Assembly: GCA_016748015.1 (NCBI GenBank)
Contig: JAAOMT010000515.1
Coordinates: forward strand, 62,001-126,000
Direction: 5' to 3'
DNA: 64,000 bases
From: Geosiphon pyriformis uo1
Lineage: Eukaryota > Fungi > Glomeromycota
Part shown: positions 23,036-38,279 of the stretch, piece by piece
How positions within the stretch are numbered: the stretch's first letter is position 1
How the letters are laid out: every line of letters begins with the position of its first letter
Program-made: the position numbers and the translations under genes
The notes under the pieces: generated by a model
Told to the model about the DNA's origin: nothing
Seen by the model: only the letters and a program-made list of their open reading frames with translations
The model's database searches: none

Positions 23036-23808
23036 TATTATTCATAGAAATTAGAAATTATAAAAATAAATAAAATAACCAATCAAAAATAAGTATAGTA
23101 AAATAAAAAATTCTAGAATTTTTTAAGAAATTACAGGATTTTTAAAATTGCAGAATTTCCTCAGAAAATTGCAAAATTTTCAGAAATTTTGTATAACACA
23201 AATTATGTATATATAACGAGAATATTAAAAGCAGAAAAGTATTCAGAATTTAATAAAGTTCAGAATCACTATATTTTTTCTTTAAAAAATAGTTTTCTAT
23301 AACTTAAAGTGAAAACACATTAATATTAATAAAATATCTAAGTATTATTCAATTTATGTTATTGTTACTTGATTGAAATATTAATTACTTTCCCCACTAT
23401 TAATATTTTATGTTAATAGAATCCAATACTAAACCAATAGCTTTTGATCATAGCTATTGACAAAATATTAATTTTTTGTTTTATTTCTTTGTTGTTTACT
23501 AATTAATTAAAGAAATTAAGCATTAAGTATTTAACATCAAAAATAACTTAGTAAAAGACCCAAAAATATAAGTAAAAATTTAAGAATAGTTTACCAGAAA
23601 AGCATAACTGTCAAAATAAACCAGCCACTATATTAAAAAAATAAATTCACAGAAAAAATCATTAATTAAATTTCTGTTTATTATACAAAAAACTTAACCA
23701 AAATCTTCAAACTTCAAAATTTTCAGAAATTACCAAGATTACCAGCTATTAAACACCAAATTACAGATTTGTTATTTGTTTTAACACCCCAAATAATTAT
23801 TTGTAACA
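23036..23808 (+). mobile_element. Solo LTR, family B
   Basis: Ends CCCCAAATAATTATTTGTAACA like other B LTRs; TSD ACAT/ATAT. Confidence 0.8.
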
Positions 23809-24560
23809 ATATTTTACTTGCAATAAACATTAATTAAAATAAAACTAAACTGTATACAATAATTAACTATGAACTATAAGATAGCAAAGACCAAGTAACA
23901 AAACTACTTATCTAATATTGTTTTTTTTAAAACCACATTTCCAAAAAACTTAACATCTAAATGAGCTTTGGCTAAATTGGACTTAAAAAAGTCTTTAGTA
24001 GAGAAAAAAATTCTTAAGTAATAGTATAACTTGTTTTTTTTGCAATTGATATAAAATATCTGCTAATTTTAAAGTAAGTATCTTTAACTTTCTAGTTAAT
24101 AAATATAATTACTGTTTTATTATTATTAATTAAAATATTATTGATTCTAAAAAACTTATTGGCAATATTTAAAATATATTAAGTTAAAACCTAATTATTC
24201 TCCACTCAAATAATATTATTAACAAAGACTTCAGCTGTAAAAAAAAAGTTTTTCTTTCATATTTTTCAATCTATTAGTTTTAAATACAAACTTTATATCA
24301 ATTCAGTAGTCACATAAATGTTCATGTTTTTTTATTTTACACAAAAAAGGGTCATAAAAAATTCTCCAAAGGAGAAATAAGAAAACTTTACTCTGGTTCA
24401 ATTTATTATGTATACAATAATTTCTTGTAAGACCAAAATTAGTTATTATTTTATTAACTCAATTCTAATATATGTTTCTAAAAAACTTAATAAATTGTTT
24501 ACACATTTTGATGCATTTCAAGCTATTTCTTAAATAATACCAGCCAACAGAATCATATGT

Positions 24561-27500
24561 TGTTACAGATGATTATTTGGGGTCTTAAATCAAATAACAA
24601 ATCTGTAACTTGATGCTCAATCTCTTAACAATACTGGTATTACTGGTATGTTGGTTATATCTGAAGATTTTTGAGTTGGAGTCCTTTGTATAATAGACAG
24701 AGATTTAATAGTGTTATTTTTTCACTAGCTTTCTAGAATTGCAATTCTATCGAATTTTTTTCTCAGCATGATGGCCAGTAAACTTGACAGAGATGTCTTT
24801 CTGGTAAGCTATTCTTAAGTATCCAATTCCTATACCCTTCCTTTGGGGTCTTTTACCAGACTATCTTTGATGTCAATAACTCAATGTTTTAATCTTTAGT
24901 CAATTAATAATCAACAATAAAATCAAAGAAGAAAAAAAAATAAAGAAAATGAAGAAAAGAAAATAAGCCAAAACGTTTGCAAGTTAGTATTCTATCAATA
25001 GCCATGATTAAAAGCTATTGTTCTAGTGTGGTTAAGTATCAATCTTTATCAACATGAGATGTTGATAATAGAGAGTAAATTAGAATAGTGAATAATTATT
25101 TATTGATATTTGTAATGTGGAAGGTTTCTTACTGATGAATTCTCTTCTTTCTATCTCTAATGTTACTGCTATATATACATAATTAATGTTTTATAAGATT
25201 GCTTACATTCTCGAACAATGTGCTATGATTTCTTGAGCAATACTTACATTGCTAAACAATATGCCCTAATTTTCTAACATTGCTCCACATTGTTGAGCAA
25301 TGTGCCATGCTTTCTGACATTGTTTCACATTGCTGAGCAATGTGCCATGATTTCTGACATTGCTCTACATTGTTAAGCAATGTGTTCATGTGCTAAATAC
25401 TATTCACTTATTGGTCTACTATTTTCTTATATCTGTTTTCTTTTTATTAGTAACATTATCTCCTCTTTTTTAATATTAAGCTCTGTCAAAATCTTCATTC
25501 TGAATTAGCTCTAATACTTCTTTTTCTAGTATTGTTTGTTTAACTTTGTTTTTCATGTCTTTTACTTGCACATTGTTCATTCTTCTCTATTGGTTAATGA
25601 TTATGGTTTCTATGTCAGAATGTAACAGTATTTCTGAATAGTTCTGAAATATGTTGTGCAGTTGGTAAATTGTTCTCACATGTAGTGTTGCATTTGTCTT
25701 CTTTCCAATAAATTCTTTAATTTGTTGTATTATGTTTTGGTTAAATATTCTCTTGGATTTGTCGATATACAATTCCTGAATGTTCAACTTCTGACCTAAC
25801 TGGTAGTAGCAGTATGAAATTGGGAGTTGTTCTGTCCATTGCTTCTAATTTTCTTTTGTAAGTTCTTCTGTTGGTGCCATAATAGGTATTTTCTCAAAAG
25901 TGTTCTTTACTTTTTCTATTATGTTATCTGACCAGTTTTTATCATTCTTTGTTAACTACTGATATGATGTGTTCTTTGTCTTTCTTTTTTTTGTTTTTCG
26001 ATAGCAAATTGTTTGGTTGTTAATGATAATTTCTATGTCTAAAAGTTGTTGACTTAAGGCCTGGAATAATTGTTGGGCTATGATGTGAATATAATCTGGT
26101 ATTTCTATTTTTTTTAGTTGCTTTTGTCATGTGTACTGTGTCTTTATATCTCTTTTGGTTGTTCAATTTGATGTGTTCAGTTCAATAACTATGATTGGTT
26201 TCAGATCTCGTGGAATCTCATTTGATTAAACTAGTATTCTTTGTACTCCCAGTTGTGGAATGTTATTGGTAGATGATAATGCTATCTGGTAATATGGTTT
26301 CAGTTGATCACTATGTGCTGCTTTGGCTAAGATTTTGTTGTTCCATCTTAATTTATAAGCTCCATTTCCAAGAATTTCTTTTATGTGAAATGGTTTGTTC
26401 CATTTGGAGTCAAATTTTCTATTCCTTGTTTTTCCACTTTGGTACAATGTAATAGTACTTTGTCTCTAATCTTGAATTCAACTGGTTTATCTGGTAGTTG
26501 GTTATCATGTCGTTCTTTTTGCTTTTCTTGTGACTTTTGGATGTTATCAGTTGCTTTTTGTTGTTTGTTTTCTAGTGTTTCTATTAAGTCATATGTTCTT
26601 CTCAACAATGTTTCTTGGAAATTCTCTTTTGTTATTGGTTCTGTTGGATATGTGTTAACCTCTATCTCAACTGGTAATGTTGCTGTTCTACTATATACTA
26701 ATTCAAATGGTGTTACTTGTGTGGTGTCTTGTTTCATTATCCAATAAGCAAATAATATTGATGGTATAAACAAATCTTATTCATCCTGGTTTTTTTAATT
26801 GATCTTGGCGATTGCTTCACACAGTGTTCTATTGAATCTTTCAACTAATCCATTGGTTTGTGGATGGTATGGCGATGATAATGGTCTTTTTATTCCAAAT
26901 CTCTGACTTAATTCTGCTAATGTTCTGTTCACAAAGTGGGTTTTTTGATCTGATAATAGTTCTTTTGGACATCCATGTCAACAAATCAAATTTTGGTGAA
27001 CAAATTTGGCAACAAATTCTGCATCTACTCTTTGAATGGCTTTTGCTTCTGGCCATTTAGTGAGATAATTCATGGCTACTGCAATATATCTGTTGCCTCT
27101 ATTGGTAATTGTTAATGGTCTGATTAAGTCAATTCCAATTCGATTGAATGGTTGTCCTACTTTGATTGGTCTCAATGGTTTGCTGGATTTTGTTCCTCCT
27201 CTTCTTTGACAAGCATCACAATTTTGAACATACTGGATGATATCTAGATACATTAATGGCCAATAGTATTTTTTTTTTAGTTCTTTCTATGGTTGCTTCT
27301 TTATGAAAATGTCTTACTGTTAGATCTAAGTACATATTAAACAATATGGTTTTTTTTTCTGGTTTTTTGATTACTCTAGTTGGTTAATAAAATATTTTGA
27401 TTGTTGTTTTATGTTGTTTTGTTTTTTTTGAGATAATTTCTTCTTAAACAATTGGGTATTTATATAATGTTGGAGTTGTTGATATTTTTGTATATTTATC

Positions 27501-30500
27501 TTTTGTTATATTTTTAAGTTAAAATGTTTTTAGATTTGTCTCATCTGTAACAATCTGTTAGCATTTCTATTTTTTTTTTCCTTTTTTGTAATGTACTGTA
27601 TAATTAAATAATGAAAGTTCTATTTTCCATTTGGCATGGCAATCGTCTCCAAACTCTTGCTTCTAAATTAAAATCAATTCTTTATGATCCATGTATATGT
27701 TAAATTTTTAGCTTAAGTATTCCTTTCATTTCAATACTGCCCAATAGATTGCTAAGTGTTCTAATGCTGATGTTTTATAGTTTTTTTCTCCTGGACTCAA
27801 GTTTTGACTGGTATATACTACTGGATATTCTCTTTTATCTGGTCCTCTCTGCAACAATACTGCTTCCAATGCTTGGTCTGATGTATTAGTGGTAATAATG
27901 AATGGTTTGCTGTGATCTAGATATATCAACACTGGAGCTTGAATAAGCTTTCTTCTTAATATGTCGAAAGCTTCTTGCTGGTTTTTTGTCTATTCATACT
28001 TGGTGTTTTTTAATTAGAGCTGGTGTAATGACTGGACCAGTTTAGAAAAATCTTTAATAAAGTGGTGATAGTATCTGGCAAATTTCAAAAATGTCCTTAG
28101 TTCTGTCAAGTTAGTTGGTATTGGAAAGTTTTTGACTACTTCAATCTTGTCTGGATCTGTTTTGATACTGTTTTTGCTCACAATATGTCCCAAAAACTTG
28201 AGTTCAGTTTTTCAAAGAAACATTTGGTTGCATTTAATTTTAATTCAGCTCTTTTTAGTCTTTAAAATATTTGTTAAAGATGGCGTAGATGATTATTAAA
28301 TGTTTTAAAAAACACATTAGTGTTATTCAGATATATGACTATTAATTTTCATAGCAGTCTAGTATAAACAATTTCTCTAAGTTATTGAAATGTTGTTGGT
28401 GTATTTATTAAGCCAAATGGCATAATTTCAAATTCAAAATTTTCTTTTCAAATTGTGAAAGCTGTTTTTTTCTTGTTTTTTGGTTTCATGACTACTTGCC
28501 AATAACTGTTGTCTAAGTTCAGAGTTGAAACCCATTTTTTTCTTCCAAAAGCATCGAAAAGTTCTTGGATCTTTGAAGCCAGGTAGCTATCATCTTTGGT
28601 TACTCTATTCAGTTTCCAGTAATTCACACAAAAGCAAATTTTTCTATTCTTTTTATAGACTAATACCACTGGTAATGACCATGGGCTCATTGATGACTGA
28701 ATTAGCCTATTGTCAAGCATCTAGTTGATTTCTTAATGAATAATCTCATGGCTGGTAAGTAGTACTTAGTATGCTCTTTGTTTGATTGGCATTGCATTTT
28801 CAGTTTTGATCTGGTGCTAGATTATGTTAGTTCTGTCAAATTTATTTTCACTGGCAAAAATATTGTTGAAGTTGTTGAGTAGCATCTTAAGCTGCATATA
28901 TTGTAGTGGGTCTAGATTCTCTAAGTTCATCTGTTCTAATTGTTTTGATTAAAGCAGATAATATTTTTTTTGTCTGTATATTGTTTGAGATGTGATATCT
29001 ACATATCCACACAATTATAAAAAGTCTGAAATAGGGTTTGGTGATTGTTTTTTAATTTTGGTGATTAAATATCTAATAGTGGTTCTTTCTGGTATTTTAA
29101 TGATGTCTCCTGTGTTGTTGTAAATAGGAATTTTTATGTAACTGTAGTTCTTGACTGGTATGTATAAATTGACTAATCCAATCTTTCTTAATTCACACAG
29201 TATTGCTTTTGCCTCAAAAATCTGAACTTGATCTTTTACTTTTTTTTTATAACTAACATGTACTGGTTATATGATAAAATAAAAATTGCTTAATAGATGA
29301 AGATAATTTCTTCCTTGTTAACAACTTTTTTTCTGCCATATTGACTGGTATATTTATTTTACTTGTGGATCTAAATCTACTAATTTCTTTAGCTGTAATT
29401 CTTAGTTCTTTCTTGTTTCTCACTAATACTAATTGAACTATTTTAACCAGAAACAGGAATATTGTCTATGCTATCTTTTTATTTGGCTTTATGATATAAG
29501 TCTTTTCTGAATTATTTTGTAGTATTGTAATAATATTTTTTACATATTTTGCATCAATTATTCCTTCTCTAATGTTGATTCTTCTTTTTGTTAAACTATT
29601 CTTAAATGCTAATTGAACCATTGTTGTTACTGGAATTTCCAGTGCTACCTTGAGATCAATGTAGGTGTGTAAATGTGGTTCCAATTTGATGGCTTTTTTT
29701 TCCAAATATTTCAGATCAAACTCTGCATTAGTATCATATATACATTCTGGTATAATACCTTCATTATTATTGCTGAATCATTTAAGTTTCTGCTCCTTAG
29801 TGAGATTAAAAATCGCAATATATTGTTCTGAGTTTAAATCAAAATCAGAATTGTTGTTATTTTTATTGCCATTTTGAACAGAACTGAAACCATTATTTTC
29901 ATTGTTATTGTTGTTAGAGGTTGAATTAGGATGGAATGTTGATTCTAATTCTGATACACAGTTGCTAATTGGTTTTTTTTCTTCTGGAATTGTGTAAATC
30001 ATGTGCAGTGATAGATTGTAGATAAGATTATACTCATTACAATATTGAAAGTCACATAAAATTAAACAATGGTCACATAGTTGAGTATTAATTTTTTTTA
30101 AGTGTTATTCCTATTCTTCTTTTGTAAATGCTAATTTTTGGTAATGTTTATGAAATTGTTCTGGGTTTATAGAGTCTAAAACCATATCTAAATTTGGGTT
30201 TCAATTAAGTTCTATGGGTTCTGATAAGTTGTTTTTAATCACTTTTATTTTATTTAGTGATGCTTCTTTGATTTTGATAAATGCCATGTACCATATTTGT
30301 TGTTGTTGTATGGATACTTATCCAAATGTTTTACTGTTCTTTTTCATACTGCTTCTATTAATGTTTTTTTTATATCCAGTCACTTATTAAGATTGTGTAT
30401 TAGCACAATTTATCACATATTTCTTCTCACTTTGAAATGTTATTCTATATTTTTTTGTTTAATAAAGTTTCTCTACATGTAAGGCATGGTTTATTATCCC

Positions 30501-33500
30501 ATTTCTCTTGTTATTTAGGCTGTTCAAAATGCTCTAAAATGCATGGTCAGCAATAAAACTTGGTTGCCATTAGCCATTTTTTATTATTACTACAGCATAT
30601 ATCTATTGATGACAATTTTTTGCCACAGTTAACACATACTAACTTTGGTTGACAATAGTAAAATTGAGATATAGTGTATGGAATATAAGTGGAAGTGATG
30701 GTATAAGTGAGTTTTTTTTTTCTTTTGTCTTTTCAAATTAAAATTGGCAGTAGTTTGTTGTGATTATTTTTGGCCCATAACACTTGATACACTTCCCAGG
30801 TAGGTTTGTTTTTTCTTTTTCCAATTTTATAAGTGGTGTTGGAGTAGAGTTTGTCTGAAAGTGGTCACACATGACTGGTACACATGTATTCTAACTGTTT
30901 TGACTGAGTTAAAACTCTTATATAGTCTAATCAAATACTGTATTGGTTTTGAACAATCAGTTATTGCCAACTAATGCTTGATATTGAGTTGCTTTTATCA
31001 CCAAGACTTTGATGAAAGCTATGATACCATTGACTTCAAAAGAAAAGTCGTCAATTTTACTAATAAGAGTTTTAGTTGCTCTATCAACTATAATGATTTT
31101 GGCACTAGCAGTGCAATCAACTCGACAACCTAATTGGTCCATAAGTTGTCATGTGATAATGCTGTCTATTAATCTACTATCAAGAATCAGTTTAATAAAC
31201 TGACCATCAACTTTAACATCAGTATACATTGCAGTAATGAGTTTTGCATTAAGAGCAGCTTTATTAAAAAGAGGTATTTTTGTTGGTTTCTTTATTTTGA
31301 AGGGAAAAATTGCTGCTAATGATTTGTTATTGGTAACAGTTGCTGGTGGAATGTTACTGGTAAGTAGTATTTGGCTAGTTTTCTGATTGTTGGTTTGAGT
31401 ATTTTTTGGGATCACAAGAAGGCTTAAATAGTTCTGAAAATTCAGGTTTTGGGTGTACTTGGTTCCTGAATTCTACTGACATGGTCCTGATTGTGAAGTT
31501 GATAAATTGGAAATTGGTTGATGGACTACTATTACCAATCTCCAGTTTTGTTGAATAGTTTTCAGTTTTTGATTTCCAGTGGATATTGTTATTTGTGGTA
31601 GTATTTGGATTTGTTAAGATTAATAAATTATTTGTGGTTGTGGTTGATAAACAACTGGTGCTGGAATTTAATAAATGGGTGATTAATAAATTGGCTGCTG
31701 TGTTATTAGTAGGTAATTTGGTTGATATAGTTCTGGATTTAATTGATAATTCAGAGTTTGAAATTGGCAATTGGGATTTTAATATTGATTTTTCAATTAT
31801 TGGTCATTTAAGTAGTTGTAACAGTCAATTTGTAAGTGCTTTTGTTTACCACAATAGTGGCAACTATGTATTTCAGTTCACCATTGCTGATTGGTGGATG
31901 ATAATAATTGTTAACTAAGTATCTTTTTAATTTCTAATTAATGAATTCTGTTAATTGTTTTAGTTTCAAATTCAGATCAGATGATTTGTTCATTACTAGA
32001 TTAATAGCTTGAGCATGGTTGGCTTCTAATTCAGCTGATTTTAAATCTTTGGCATGGTTAATGGTGTTCTGAAAAGTAGCTGGGCATAGTAAATGTACAT
32101 ACTATAGTAAACTGCTGCACAACTTGCAAATAAACTGATTCAAAATTTGGAATACTGTAAAGTAATTTGTGTTAATAGCCTGAATTTGACATAGATTTTG
32201 ATAGAAATATCTCAAGTAAGTTGTGACTGCTTCAGTGTCTTTTTGCTTGATAATAGTGAAATTAGTTGCTAAGCAATTAATACTGTTATAATTACTGAAA
32301 TATTACAAGAATACAACTTTGAATGCATTAAAATCTTGGAGTTTGTTTACAAAATTTTGGTACTAAGAATCAATGGTGTCTTGTAAAAAGTACAAGACGG
32401 CTTGCATTGTTCTAGTGTTATCCCAGTTGTTGGTGGTTATTGCTTTGGCTATGTTATTGAGCCAAACTTGGGTGTTATCTTCTTTGCTGGTGAATTTTTC
32501 TAGCTTAACAATTGGTATATAAGTCATTAATACAATTAATGATTGTTAAGGTAACTATTGAAATGGTTGTTGAAGTGGTTGTTGCTGAGATTGTGATAAT
32601 GGTATGACAATTGGTGGTGGATTGATCATGATTGCTGGAGATAAGTTTTACTAATTAATAATGTTAAGGTTCAAATTATTCTAATTTGACAGAGTTAAAA
32701 CATATAAAGTTTGGATTTTTGGGTTTTCTGAAATTAGGTTTTTAATATTAATTTCCTGATCACTATTTTCTTCTTTGGAGTCAGTTAATTCTCAAGAACT
32801 GGTGGCTCCGAAATCTGGTAGTGGTAATGGTGATAATTAAACTTCTGATAGTATTAGGAATTGTAATTTAAATCCCTCAAAATAATTGCCATATGTTCCT
32901 AATAACTCTGCTTTTTTCTGTTTACTTTAGAACAAGATTCTGTTCAATAGTGTTGTTATACTAGCTGTAGATATATCTATTATATTGATAGTGCTTCTGG
33001 GTGTGTAATAATATAATAGATTAGCAAGTGAATCAAATCTTTGTTTCTTTCAAGTAGGTAGTTAGATTTGCTTTGGGATTTTTGTGGGTGTTTGTAATTT
33101 TCCTTTTTCTTTGTCAGCAAAAATGATAAAAAATCTTTGCTTGATGTATTTTTCAATTTCTTTGTTTATTTCTGTGATTAAGGATGTGAATAAATAGTTT
33201 TATGAAAGAGTAGTGCTTTGGAGTAGTTTACTAAAAAAATTGTTGAAAGTGGATTCTGGATCTCTTTGACCTCCCAAGTAGTATGCAATTCTTTTGTTGA
33301 TGTAACAATTAAAAGCTGATTCTGTTAGCCAATTACTATTTTTTAATCCGAAATGGGTGTGATAATGTTGGAATAATAATTTTGCAAATTCCAAGTGGTT
33401 TGTCTCTGTTTCTTTGGATTCTGCCACTGTTTCAGATAATTGCTGTTGGTGCTGATTCTCTGTTGAATTAAATTTCATAGAGAGCACCAAATGTTACAAA

Positions 33501-34439
33501 TGATTATTTGGGATCTCAAATCTAATAACAAACCTGTAATTTGGTACTCAAGAGCTATAATTGATGGTATTGTCTGAAGATTTTACAATCTAAAGGTTTT
33601 GTATCTAAAAGTTTTGGTTAAGTCTTTTGTATAATGAACAGAGATTCAATGGTGTGCAATTTTTTGGTGATGAGTTTCCCAATTTTTTTTTTTAGCTTGG
33701 TGGCTGGTTTATTCTGGCAGTTGTGTTCTTCTGGTAAGCTATTCAATTATTACTCTGTACTCTTCTATTCAAGTCTTTTACCAGGCTATCTGAGATGTCA
33801 ATAACTTAGTACTTAATCCTTAATCAATTAGTAAACAACAATAAAAAATGAAATAAAAAAAGTAAAAGAAAATAAAGAAAATAAGTCAAGAGAATGGAAG
33901 TTAGTATTCCATCAATAGTCATAATTAAGAGTTATTGTTTTAGCATAATTAAGTATTGGCAACTATCAACATAAAGTGTTAATAGTCAAAGTTTGATAAA
34001 TGTTTCTTAATCAAATAATAGCAACATAAATTGGATATGTATAAGTATTTTATTGATATTTTGATGATTTCATTTTAGTAAATATAAACTATCTGTAAAG
34101 TGACTAGTAAATAAATAGAAAAAAAAGTTCAAAACTAAAAAGTTTTGATCATTGTTCTTTTTTTCTGCTTTTAATGCTCTTGCTATATATACATAATTTA
34201 GGTTTTATGAAATTGCTTATATTTTCGAGTGATGTGTTATAATTTCTTGAGCAATACTTATATTGCTAAACAATGTGCCCTAATTTTCTAATATTGCTTT
34301 ACATTGCTAAGCAATGTGCTGTAATTTCTGATATTGCTCTATATTGCTAAGCAATATGCTTTTATGTTAACTACTATTTTCTTATTGGTCTATTTGTTTT
34401 TTCTATTATTTTCTTTATATGTTTTTTTTATAAGTAATA
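24561..34439 (-). mobile_element. Ty3/Gypsy family B element, degenerate (LTRs 24561-25455 and 33492-34439)
   Basis: PPT from 25456; PBS TGGTGCTCT at ~33481-33489; relics of gag, PR (LILDSRL), dUTPase (~29370-29730), RT, RH, IN and ORF3. No TSD match and LTRs differ markedly, so probably recombinant. Confidence 0.88.
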
Positions 34440-34624
34440 CTTAAAAAAACTATAAAACATGTACTTATTACTACTGTAAAGCATATTATAGAAAACATTT
34501 TAGTTACTCAAAACAACAGAGAAAATGAGACAACAAACTATGTTTTACTTGCAAAGAAATGCTACTTAACAAAAAAATATGGAATAACATTTTTGGTTAA
34601 GAAGAAATATGTAATATATCATGC
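34440..34624 (+). mobile_element. Gypsy internal fragment (Cys-rich region)
   Basis: YYCKAYY / CFTCKE relic homologous to CYFCKAC / CLTCGE of family A. Confidence 0.55.
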
Positions 34625-36938
34625 TATTACTTATAGAAATTAGGAATATTATAGTTAAAGAAATAACCAATCAGAAATAGGCATAGTAACAGAAGAATTT
34701 TAGGATTTTAAGAATCTTATATAACACAAAATATGTATATATAACAGTAGTATTAAAAACAAAAAAAGTATTCAAATTTTAGTTTAGTTCCAAGTTAACA
34801 TCCCTTTTATTATCTATTAATTAACTTTTATTTCACAAATAGTTAATATTAGCTAAAGTAAATTCATTAACACAATCACAAATAAAAACATATTTATTAT
34901 CATCCAATCCATGTTATTACTGCTTGATTGAAAATCTAATTACTCTTCTATTTATTAACATTTTATGTTGATAATATCCAATACTTAACCATACTAAAAC
35001 AATAGCTCTTGATTATGGCTATTGACAGAATACTAATTTTTTATATTTTTTCATTTTTCATTTATTTTTTTTATTTTCTTTTGTTGTATTGACTTATTAA
35101 ATGATTAAAAAAATTAAGCACTAAGTAATTGATGTTAAAAATAGTCTGATAAAAGACCCAGAAATAAGAATATAAAAATTATAAATTAATAGATAGCTTA
35201 TCAAAAGAACATAACTGCCAAAATAAACTGGCTATCATGTTAAAGAAAAAAATTTGATAGAATAATTATTCTAAAAGATTACTGACACAACTATTAAATC
35301 TTTGTTCATTATACAAAAGACTTCACTAAAACTTTTAGATACCAAAACCTTCAAATATAAAAACTTTTAGATCACAAAAACCTTTAGATTTACCAATATC
35401 AGTCAAATTATTAAGCACCAAGTTACAGGTTTGTTATTTGTATCAACACCCCAAATAATTATTTATAATATTTGGTGCTCCCTATAAGATATAATCTAAC
35501 AGAGAACTAGCACCAACAATAATTATCTGGAACAGTGGCAAAATCAGAAGAAACAAGAACAAATCATTTGAGATTTGTAAAAGCTTTATTTCAACACTAT
35601 CAAACTTACCTAGAATTAACCAATAACCATTGGCCAGCAGAATTAACTTTCAATTTTTATGTCAATAAAAAGATTAAATCTCATTTAAGAGATCAAAAAA
35701 ATCCAGAAGCAGCACTTATTAATTTCTATAGCAAATTATTTCAGAGTACTACACTGCTACAGAATTATTTGTTTACTTTAATAATTACAGAAATTAACAA
35801 AAAAATTAAGAAACATATTAAACAGAAATTCCTTATTACTTTTGTAGACAATAAAAAAGAAAAATTACAAACTCTGGCAGAAACACCAAGAAAAATATGA
35901 CTTCTTATGTAAAAGAAGCCAAGAGTCATTTTATTTATACACCTATTATATCATCATATGTCTGAAAATACTATTAATATATTATTTAGAGGTGCATTAT
36001 CATCAGCAAAAGTGCTATTAACAAGAATAAAATTCTAAAACAGCCAAAAAAAAGACAATTTATTAGGAATCTATAGTGATTACTTTGAAAGATTTAAATT
36101 GTGATTACCAATATTATCAAGATTTTAATTACTGCTGCCTCAATCTAATTTCAGAGTTACTAGTCCTTAGAAAATAATCAACTCAAAAGAAAAAAAAGAT
36201 AAAAATCAAGAATTTAATTACCAAAATCTGATTTCAGAAAACCTAGAAATACAGACTCAAATTATTCCAACTCAGCAAAATCAGAATAATTTAAATCCTT
36301 TTTTTTTGTTCTTCAAAACTTATCTCCAGTAATTGTGATCAATTCACTACCAGCTGTACCAATTACCAAACCACAATAACAGTTGCAACCACTATTCCAA
36401 CAACAACAACTTTAACAACAACAATTACAATTATTACTTACACTACTGGTTTATACATCAATTGCAAAACTTAAGAAATTTATCAGCAAAAAAAATAATA
36501 CACAAGTCTGGCTTAATGATATGAAAAAAACCATTGCAGCCAATAGATAAGATAATGTTAGAGCATTATAGACAATCCTATATTTTTTTCAAGATACCAT
36601 CAATTTATGATATCAAAGCTTGATTCAAAAACCCCAAAACTTCAATGTGTTCAAACTAGAATTTCTAAAATATTTTAGTAACAATAATAGCATCAATTGC
36701 CTAGCAAATACTTTTACAATTATCAAACAAGGAAATATTGAAGCAGTTACTATTTATTTGGAATGCTTTCACTAAAATTTGTAACAAATACAAGTCATTA
36801 ATGCAAATTATTTTATTGTGCCACAAATCTTAAACCAATTTATTTGTGATCTGTGCAGTAGTTTTTTATAATGTATACATTTAATATACCCACAAATACT
36901 CCAAAACACAGTCACACATGTCAGAGATTTTGAATCAA
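34625..36938 (+). mobile_element. Family B 5' LTR (34625-35470) + PBS + gag stub, truncated by the next LTR
   Basis: LTR end followed by TTTGGTGCTC; gag relic at 35535-35900 matches 33200-33490. Confidence 0.8.
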
Positions 36939-38279
36939 TGTTACTCATAAAAAAAGCATACAAAAAAATAGTAGAAAAACAGATAGACCAATAGGAGAAT
37001 AGTAGTTAACACATAAGCATATTGTTTAAAAAATTATAGCATATTACTTAAAAATGTGAGCAATCACATAGAACTCAAATTATGTATATATAGTAAAAGC
37101 ATTAAAATCAGAAAAAACAGAATTAATACCAAGATCTCTTGGTTAAAACATCTTAGTTAAAATCATCAATATTAATAAATAATTATTTACTATCTAAATC
37201 ACTTTTCTCACTATTAACTCTTTATGTTAATAATATCCAATACTTAATTATACTAGAATAATAGCTCTTGATTATGGCTATTAATAAGATATTAACTTTT
37301 TTTGTCTTGGCTTATTTTTTTATTTCTTTTTTTATTATTTTTATTATTTTTTTATTTTTATTTTTATTATTTTTGTTTTATTGTTAATTTACTAATTGAT
37401 TAAAAGATTAATATGTGGAGTATTAATGTCAAGATATAGCATTGGTAAAAAATCCAAAAATAAGAATAGACACTCATAATTGAGAATAATTTATTAGAAG
37501 ATTGCCAGCCACTATGCTGAGAAAAAAATTGACAGAATTGTGATTTCAAAAAACAACTAAAAACAATTATTGAATTTCTGGTTATTATACAAAGAACTCA
37601 ACCAAAATCTTCAGACAACCAAAATCTTCAGATATTATCAACTTAATTTAGCTATTAAGCACCAAGTTACAGGTTTGTTATTTAATTTAAGACTCTAAAT
37701 AATTATCTGTAATATTTGGTGCTTTTTGTGAAATATAATCTAATAAAAAACCAGCACCAACAACAACCATCTGAAACAATGGCAGAATCAAAAAAAATAA
37801 AAACAAACCACTTGGAATTTGTAAAATCCTTATTTCAATATTAAAAAGAGTATTTTGGATTAACAAATAATAATTGGCCAGCAGAAACAGCTTTCAATTG
37901 CTACATTAATAAAAAGATTGTATATTATTTGGGAGGCCAAAGAAATCCAGAATTTACTTTCAATAATTTCTTTAGTAAACTATTCCAAAGCACTATACTG
38001 TTACAGAATTATTTATTTGCACCACTAATTACAAAAATAAACAGAGAAATTGAAAAGTACACTAAACAAAAAATTTTTATTATCTTTGCTAACAAAGAAA
38101 AAAAAAGATTGTAAACACCAGCAGAAACCTCAAAGCAAATACAATTATCCACTTGAAAAAAACAGAGAGTTGATTTATCTGTTAATCTATCATATAATTA
38201 CATATCTGGAAGCACTATTAATATAACATCAATAAGTGCATCTACAGTAAACACGACAACACCACTAAAAAAATTCTGT
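36939..38279 (+). mobile_element. Family B 5' LTR (36939-37714) + PBS + gag stub
   Basis: TGTTACTCATA start, TTTGGTGCT PBS, gag relic at 37929-38114. Confidence 0.8.

Larger units (their letters stand above)
19990..24560 (-). mobile_element. LINE B: heavily decayed ORF2 (RT C-half, RNase H, C-terminus), interrupted by two solo LTRs
   Basis: Relics YDSVGW (~24545), KKLDPK..WFIV, and FNMYIYSLLK (RNase H VYTDGSL-like). The 3' boundary is approximate. Confidence 0.7.
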
